From: a bacterium
GTDB lineage: Bacteria; Hinthialibacterota; Hinthialibacteria; Hinthialibacterales; Hinthialibacteraceae
DNA: 64,000 bases
Direction of reading: 5' to 3'
Assembly: GCA_963662285.2 (NCBI GenBank)
Contig: CAXXMV010000003.1
Coordinates: forward strand, 64,001-128,000
The notes under the pieces were generated by a model that was given only the letters and a program-made list of their open reading frames with translations, did not search any database and was not told the DNA's origin. Positions 58,793 to 64,000 of this stretch are shown here, in pieces; position 1 is the stretch's first letter; every line of letters starts with the position of its first letter. The position numbers and the translations under genes are program-made.

Positions 58793-60382
58793 ATGGAGAG
58801 ACGGCAGTTTTTGAAAACTTCGATGAGTTCGTTATTGGGGATCAACTTTTTGGCGAATGTCAGCAGGGGTGATGCTAAAACCAAACGTCCCAATATTCTC
58901 TTTTGCATCGCAGATGACGCCTCTTATCCACACATGAGCGCTTATGGCTGTCCTTGGGTTGATAGTCCGGGTTTTGACCGGGTGGCTAAGGATGGGATTT
59001 TATTTACTCATGCTTATACTCCAAACGCCAAGTGTTCGCCGTCACGCGCATGCATCTTAACTGGTCGCAACTCTTGGCAATTGGAAGAGGCCGCAAACCA
59101 TATATGTAATTTTCCACAGAAATTCAAAACTTATCCAGAGACATTGTCGGAGAATGGGTATTTTGTAGGATTTACGGGAAAAGGTTGGGCGCCGGGGAAT
59201 CCTGGTGAGATTAATGGTAAGAAACGTCAACTCACTGGTAAAGCATATCAGAAGAAAACTACCAGACCTCCAGCTAAGGCTATCAGCAACCGTGATTATA
59301 CTGAGAATTTCCGTGATTTTATGGATGACAAACCTGATGATCAGCCGTTCTGCTTCTGGTATGGCGGTCATGAACCGCATCGGGGCTATGAGTATGGCGC
59401 CGGGATCCGTAAAGGGAATAAAGATATAAGTGATCTGGATCGCGTCTTATCTCATTGGCCGGATAACGATACGGTGCGGACCGATATGCTGGATTACGCC
59501 TTTGAGATTGAGTATTTTGACAAGCATCTGCGTCAGATTCTCGACCTGTTGGAAGAAAAAGGCGAACTTGATAATACCATCGTGGTAGTTACAGCTGATA
59601 ATGGTATGCCGTTTCCCAGAGTTAAGGGGCAGGAATACGAGCAATCCAATCACATGCCGTTGGCGGTTATGTGGAACGATGGCATCAAGAATACTGGCCT
59701 GGTGGTGGAAGATTACGTCAGTTTTATCGACCTGGCGCCGACGTTTCTGGATGCGGCTGGCGTGGATGGGGAGGATTGCGGTATGCAGCCCATTACGGGG
59801 CAGAGTTGGCGCGGAATATTTAATACATTCAAATCCGGGCAAGTTGATCCGAAGAAAGACCATGTGCTGATTGGCAAAGAGCGTCATGATATCGGGCGGC
59901 CTGATAATGTAGGGTATCCAGTGCGCGGCATCGTCAAGAACGGATATCTTTATTTGCATAATTTTAAGCCCGACCGTTGGCCGGCGGGCAATCCTGAGAC
60001 GGGCTATACCAATACTGATGGCAGCCCGACCAAGACTGAGGTTTTGCAGACGCGCAAAGATTCCAGGCCGGTTAAGTATTGGCAAGGCAGTTTCGGCAAG
60101 CGTCCCCAGGAAGAACTTTATGACGTGCGGATTGATGCTGATTGCACGAATAACCTGGCCGGGATTGCCAGTTATGAGAAGCTCAAAAAACAACTGAAAG
60201 AGCAGTTGTTCAAGGAATTGAAAGAGCAAGGGGATCCACGTATGTTTGGCAGGGGTGATATTTTTGATGAGTATCTCTATGCTGATAATAAATGGAATAA
60301 CCTCTATGAAAAGTTGATGAGAAAAGAGATTGAGACTCCAGGATGGATTAATCCATCGGATATTGAAGAAAGATTGGATTAA
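58793..60382 (+). CDS. Tat-exported sulfatase, N-sulfoglucosamine sulfohydrolase-like
   Basis: RRQFLK twin-arginine signal, PNILFCIADD, CSPSRA formylglycine motif, TADNGMPFPR.KG, ERHD, EELYD. Confidence 0.93.
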   Translation: MERRQFLKTSMSSLLGINFLANVSRGDAKTKRPNILFCIADDASYPHMSAYGCPWVDSPGFDRVAKDGILFTHAYTPNAKCSPSRACILTGRNSWQLEEAANHICNFPQKFKTYPETLSENGYFVGFTGKGWAPGNPGEINGKKRQLTGKAYQKKTTRPPAKAISNRDYTENFRDFMDDKPDDQPFCFWYGGHEPHRGYEYGAGIRKGNKDISDLDRVLSHWPDNDTVRTDMLDYAFEIEYFDKHLRQILDLLEEKGELDNTIVVVTADNGMPFPRVKGQEYEQSNHMPLAVMWNDGIKNTGLVVEDYVSFIDLAPTFLDAAGVDGEDCGMQPITGQSWRGIFNTFKSGQVDPKKDHVLIGKERHDIGRPDNVGYPVRGIVKNGYLYLHNFKPDRWPAGNPETGYTNTDGSPTKTEVLQTRKDSRPVKYWQGSFGKRPQEELYDVRIDADCTNNLAGIASYEKLKKQLKEQLFKELKEQGDPRMFGRGDIFDEYLYADNKWNNLYEKLMRKEIETPGWINPSDIEERLD

Positions 60383-60409
60383 GGTTTATGGATTTGGGAT
60401 ATTTATTAT

Positions 60410-61243
60410 ATGAATATAAAATCAATTATTGATAATACGCCGGATGCAGCGCATTTATGGGATGGCAAGTATAAGATTCCCTGGGATGATGTGGCGTTCA
60501 GCCGCAGAATGTTGAACGAGCATCTCTCGCAGGATCATGACCTGGCCAGCCGTAAGCAGGGAATTATAAAAGCGCAGGTTGAATGAATTCATGAAAAACT
60601 GAATAGTTCGTCTGCAAAGCGTCTGCTTGATGTTGGATGCGGACCGGGGCTGTATATCGAGCAGTTGGTTAAACTGGGATATGAATGCAGCGGGATCGAT
60701 TTTTCTCCCGCTTCTATAGAATACGCCAGAAACCATCTGGGTGACAAAGCGCATTTGATTGAAGGCGACGTTCGTACGGTAGACTTTGGCGAAGGTTATG
60801 ATATGGTCATGATGCTCTATGGCGAGTTGGATGTCTTCTCTCCAACAGAAAGCAAGCGAATATTGCAGAAAGTCCATAGTGCATTGAAGCCCGGCGGCCA
60901 GTTATTGCTTGAGGTTCATAAATTTGATGCAGTTAAGCGGTGTGGTGAGGCGCCAGGCAGTTGGTATAAATCGGGCGCTGGTTTGACGGGGCTTCTTTCT
61001 GATGATCCGCATATCTGTTTAATTGAAAACCATTGGTTTGATAAACAGAATACATCTTTGCAGGTTTTTAATGTTATATATGCTGACAGCGGTGAGGTTG
61101 AGTCATACCGTAGTACGACTCAAGCCCGGACGGATGGGGAATATAAGAATTTATTGATTGAATCGGGTTTTACCAATCCAACATTTCATGCTGATTGGCC
61201 GCTTCAGAATGAGGACTTTGCTTTTATCAGTGCAGTTAAATAA
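60410..61243 (+). pseudogene. Class I SAM-dependent methyltransferase with one in-frame TGA
   Basis: From ATG 60410: ...KIPWDDVAFSRRMLNEHLSQDHDLASRK...QVE*IHEK...LLDVGCGPGLY..., TGA at 60584-60586, continuing in frame into ORF 60665-61243. Confidence 0.85.
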
Positions 61244-61285
61244 TATTCAGGTACGTAACAAAGTAAATAATGGGAGGATGAAATA

Positions 61286-61486
61286 GTGGATTTATTAGCG
61301 CCTTTTCTCTATCAGTTTATTGGAGGCGGTTTGTTGTTGCTGGCGGGGATGTTCGGGGCGGTTCGAGTGGGCGCCATTGATCTTTCATCAGGTAAAGACC
61401 GCTTGTGGACGGTGCTGGTTTTCGGTGTTGTTGCAGCGTACTTTATCGTGCAGGCCGCATTCCAATTTATTTTCGGCGCTTCTTAA
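61286..61486 (+). CDS. Small two-TM membrane protein, likely symporter accessory subunit
   Basis: GGGAGG RBS, GTG start, two TM helices, 15 bp upstream of the SSS gene. Confidence 0.7.
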   Translation: MDLLAPFLYQFIGGGLLLLAGMFGAVRVGAIDLSSGKDRLWTVLVFGVVAAYFIVQAAFQFIFGAS

Positions 61487-61501
61487 GGAAAGGTATATTA
61501 A

Positions 61502-63352
61502 ATGACTCCCTCACTCGGATCTAATATCGACTTGACAGTAATTATTATTTACTTTTTGGCTATTCTGGTTTTTGGTAGTTTTTTCGGGAAATACACCAAG
61601 ACCACCAAAGATTTCTTCTTCGCCGGTCAGCGTTTTTCATGGTGGCTGATCGCCATGAGTTGCATCGCTACGCTGGTGGGATCTTATAGTTTTATAAAGT
61701 ACTCCAACCAGGCTTTTGAATACGGTATGCCCGCAACTCATGCTTATTTGAATGACTGGCCCTGGCTTTTTCTATGGCTGTTCGGCTGGTTTCCAGTGCT
61801 TTATTATTCAAGAGTTATTTCAGTGCCGGATTATTTTGAGAAGCGCTTTGGTTCGGGATGCCGGATGGCGGCTACTTTTATCCTATTGATCTATATGATT
61901 GGATACATCGGTTATAACTTTCTTACTATCGGTGTGGCGCTTGAGCCAATCCTGCAATGGAACCTATACGTCATTGTGGTTACGGTGGCTGTTATAGCTG
62001 CAATCTATGTTACGGCTGGTGGACAGACTGCCGTTATCATGACTGACCTGTTTCAGGGAGTGCTTTTGCTGTTGGCCGGACTGACCATACTAGTGGTCGG
62101 GTTCCATATGGTGGGCGGTTTTGGTGCGTTTTGGGATAGTTGGCCGGTTGAGCAGCGCAAAGCTTTCATGCCTCTTACCAAGCCCAGCGGATTCAATACC
62201 GTTGGAGTGTTCTGGCAGGACGGTATGGCCAATTCCGCTGCCTTCTGGTTTATGAACCAGGGGATTATTCTGCGCTTTCTCTCGGTAAAGAATGTTAAAG
62301 AGGGACGCAAGGCGATGATGGCTATTATGCTGATTCTGATGCCTCTTGCGGCCATTGCGGTCTGTTGCAGCGGGTGGATTGGCAGGTCTTTTGTGAATCA
62401 GGGAATTATGGAAATCCCTGAAAATTCCGAGACAGTTTTTGTATTGGTGGCAGATGCGGTAAGCCGGTTTTTGGAGATTCCCGGAATGTTCGGATTGATA
62501 ATCGCAGCGCTGACTGCGGCTTTGATGTCAACGGCGGATACTTTAATTAATGGAGTGTCGGTGGTTGCCACAAACGACGTCATCCGTCCTTATATATGGA
62601 AGAATCGTGCAGATGGATTTTATTTAAAATGCGCTCGATGGGTCTCTATCGGGGCGGCGCTGATCGGGATTTGTCTGGTTCCATTATTTCATTCATTTGG
62701 AAACCTGTATGATGCGCACGCAGCTTTTACGGCTTCGGTTACTCCGCCCATGGTTATGGCCATTATGATGGGATTTATCTGGAGGCGATATTCAGCCATG
62801 GGCGCCATGGCTACCTTGGTCGGCGGCATCCTATTCATGGCTTTGTCGATGGTGGAGCCTGCGGTGATTTATCCATTCAGTCATGGTATGGAAGCGGGAG
62901 GTGAAGGCATCAAGGCGTATAAATATATCCGGGCTTTTTATGGTATGTTTATGTCGGGCTTACTAGGAATCATTTTCACCTACTTGAGCGAGGCGCCGGT
63001 CAGAGAGAAATTGTTGCGTTATATCTGGGGCAGGGAACGGGTTCTTATGCAGGAATTTAAGGGATTTGAACCCAATACCGAATGTGGATCAACCGTGAAT
63101 TTAGCTATTAAGGTTTGTGAAGATTTGCAGGAAAACTCGGTTCGTATACCAACAGGCGCTATGCAAGAGATGAAGGCTTTGCAAGGCGACCTGGTGTTTC
63201 TTTCAGCGCCAGGTTGGATGCATGGCGGGCTTAAATCAGCTCATGGTCAGATACTGGGTGAATCGAAAACAGAGGTCGAAATTTCTGCGGCGTTGCTTGA
63301 TACAATTAGCGTCTCTGACGGTGATATGATTGTTGTGGAGAAGAATTTTTAG
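61502..63352 (+). CDS. Sodium:solute symporter (SSS) family transporter with extra C-terminal soluble domain
   Basis: DFFFAGQR, DYFEKRFG, YVTAGGQTAVIMTD.FQ, ILRFLS, AALMSTADTLIN. Confidence 0.93.
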   Translation: MTPSLGSNIDLTVIIIYFLAILVFGSFFGKYTKTTKDFFFAGQRFSWWLIAMSCIATLVGSYSFIKYSNQAFEYGMPATHAYLNDWPWLFLWLFGWFPVLYYSRVISVPDYFEKRFGSGCRMAATFILLIYMIGYIGYNFLTIGVALEPILQWNLYVIVVTVAVIAAIYVTAGGQTAVIMTDLFQGVLLLLAGLTILVVGFHMVGGFGAFWDSWPVEQRKAFMPLTKPSGFNTVGVFWQDGMANSAAFWFMNQGIILRFLSVKNVKEGRKAMMAIMLILMPLAAIAVCCSGWIGRSFVNQGIMEIPENSETVFVLVADAVSRFLEIPGMFGLIIAALTAALMSTADTLINGVSVVATNDVIRPYIWKNRADGFYLKCARWVSIGAALIGICLVPLFHSFGNLYDAHAAFTASVTPPMVMAIMMGFIWRRYSAMGAMATLVGGILFMALSMVEPAVIYPFSHGMEAGGEGIKAYKYIRAFYGMFMSGLLGIIFTYLSEAPVREKLLRYIWGRERVLMQEFKGFEPNTECGSTVNLAIKVCEDLQENSVRIPTGAMQEMKALQGDLVFLSAPGWMHGGLKSAHGQILGESKTEVEISAALLDTISVSDGDMIVVEKNF

Positions 63353-63469
63353 GTATTCTTGGTGGGCTACGCTTTCGCTTTTAGCCCACCCTACGCGTAG
63401 GTGGGTTCAATCAAGGGCAGAAAAAAATACTGATGGTGATATGATTATTGTGGAGAAGAATTTTTAGGT
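63315..63469 (+). repeat. 40-bp direct repeat of the SSS 3' end flanking REP DNA
   Basis: 63315-63354 and 63430-63469 differ at 2 of 40 positions. Between them are an inverted family A REP (63361-63394) and a truncated family D REP. Confidence 0.85.
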
Positions 63470-63483
63470 TTTACATAGGTGGC

Positions 63484-63523
63484 ATCAAGGGCTGACCGCA
63501 ATGCGGTCTTGCCCTTGGCACCC
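63484..63523 (-). repeat. REP family D copy (inverted)
   Basis: ATCAAGGGCTGACCGCAATGCGGTCTTGCCCTTGGCACCC. Confidence 0.85.
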
Positions 63524-63579
63524 GCTTTCGTCCCGTTATGGCGCCTGTCAGTATTCGTTTTGCCATTTTTTTATGATTA

Positions 63580-63999
63580 TCAATCAGAACTCCATCCGGG
63601 TTTTTTGAAAAAGTTGTTGTATTCGGAGTTGGTGATTCCCGGTTTGAATAACCAGACATACCATATATCGCCGTTGCTGGCTACTCCATTGGTTGAACCG
63701 TACGCAATGGTTTTGTAGTCGGGGTGCCAGTCGCCATTGTCGGCGTCAGGGCCTGAAGCTGCCAGTACGCCGAAATAACCTCCTTTATTAGAACATCCCC
63801 AGTCTTCATAGGAATAATATAATCCATCGGCGAAGGGATCGGTGGGGATGCTGCTGATGTAGGCGATTGGAGTGGTAAGAGGTAGATATATTTCTCCGTT
63901 GAAATGGTTAGCGCCTTTTTTTACGGAGATAGTAGATTGATCGGGATGCTTGCCGATGAAGGGGCCTTCGAAGCAGCATTCAGGAGTACCATCGCAATC
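63580..63999 (-). CDS. C-terminal part of a second GspG-like pilin paralogue (5' end beyond the window)
   Basis: Open frame reads ...LTTPIAYISSIPTDPF...AASGPDAD...YGSTNGVASNGDIW..., the same motif series as 28118-28777. Confidence 0.8.
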   Translation of the reverse strand, partial: DCDGTPECCFEGPFIGKHPDQSTISVKKGANHFNGEIYLPLTTPIAYISSIPTDPFADGLYYSYEDWGCSNKGGYFGVLAASGPDADNGDWHPDYKTIAYGSTNGVASNGDIWYVWLFKPGITNSEYNNFFKKPGWSSD

Positions 64000-64000
64000 G

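Noticed and set aside
58373-58908. ORFs 58373-58732 and 58633-58908, and likewise 36902-37138, 29726-29917 and 63471-63718
   Set aside because: They are translations of REP clusters or hairpins, or antisense to real genes, and have no RBS or protein motifs.
59447-60229. 260-aa antisense ORF within the sulfatase, and antisense ORFs in the MCPs, gyrA, EF-G and GH95
   Set aside because: These are shadow frames of well-supported genes on the opposite strand.
60584-60586. Genome-wide TGA recoding (Trp/Gly) or selenocysteine
   Set aside because: TGA ends several intact genes here (e.g. 9714, 18833, 28777) and Trp is encoded by TGG elsewhere. No Cys-type context.

Overview
Chromosomal window of a heterotrophic, glycan-degrading, chemotactic diderm bacterium. 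The GspG-like pilin paralogues, VxxWxLY C-termini and REP load resemble Sumerlaeota/Hinthialibacterota (OLB16)-type lineages (inference only). It holds about 50 genes: two sulfatases, a GH95 fucosidase, a fucose-isomerase-family protein, an oxidoreductase/PIG-L/NagB-like cluster, envelope glycosyltransferases, gyrA, an EF-G paralogue, two tandem chemoreceptors, signalling proteins and two YtrA-type GntR operons. No rRNA, tRNA or CRISPR array was seen. Intergenic DNA carries at least five families of REP-like palindromes. Signals missed by the ORF track: (1) a 55-aa ORF translationally coupled between a YtrA-type repressor and its ABC ATPase, encoding only the repressor's C-terminal helices, a candidate dominant-negative microprotein; (2) a shared C-terminal VxxWxLY motif on unrelated secreted proteins, one next to a pilin-like gene; (3) a PRTase-XRE-DprA locus with a toxin stub, resembling ShosTA; (4) a 573-bp TIR-bounded element holding a decayed RAYT transposase between inverted REP arrays; (5) a 6S-like rod RNA upstream of gyrA; (6) a sigma54 promoter whose inverted copy covers the downstream start codon.
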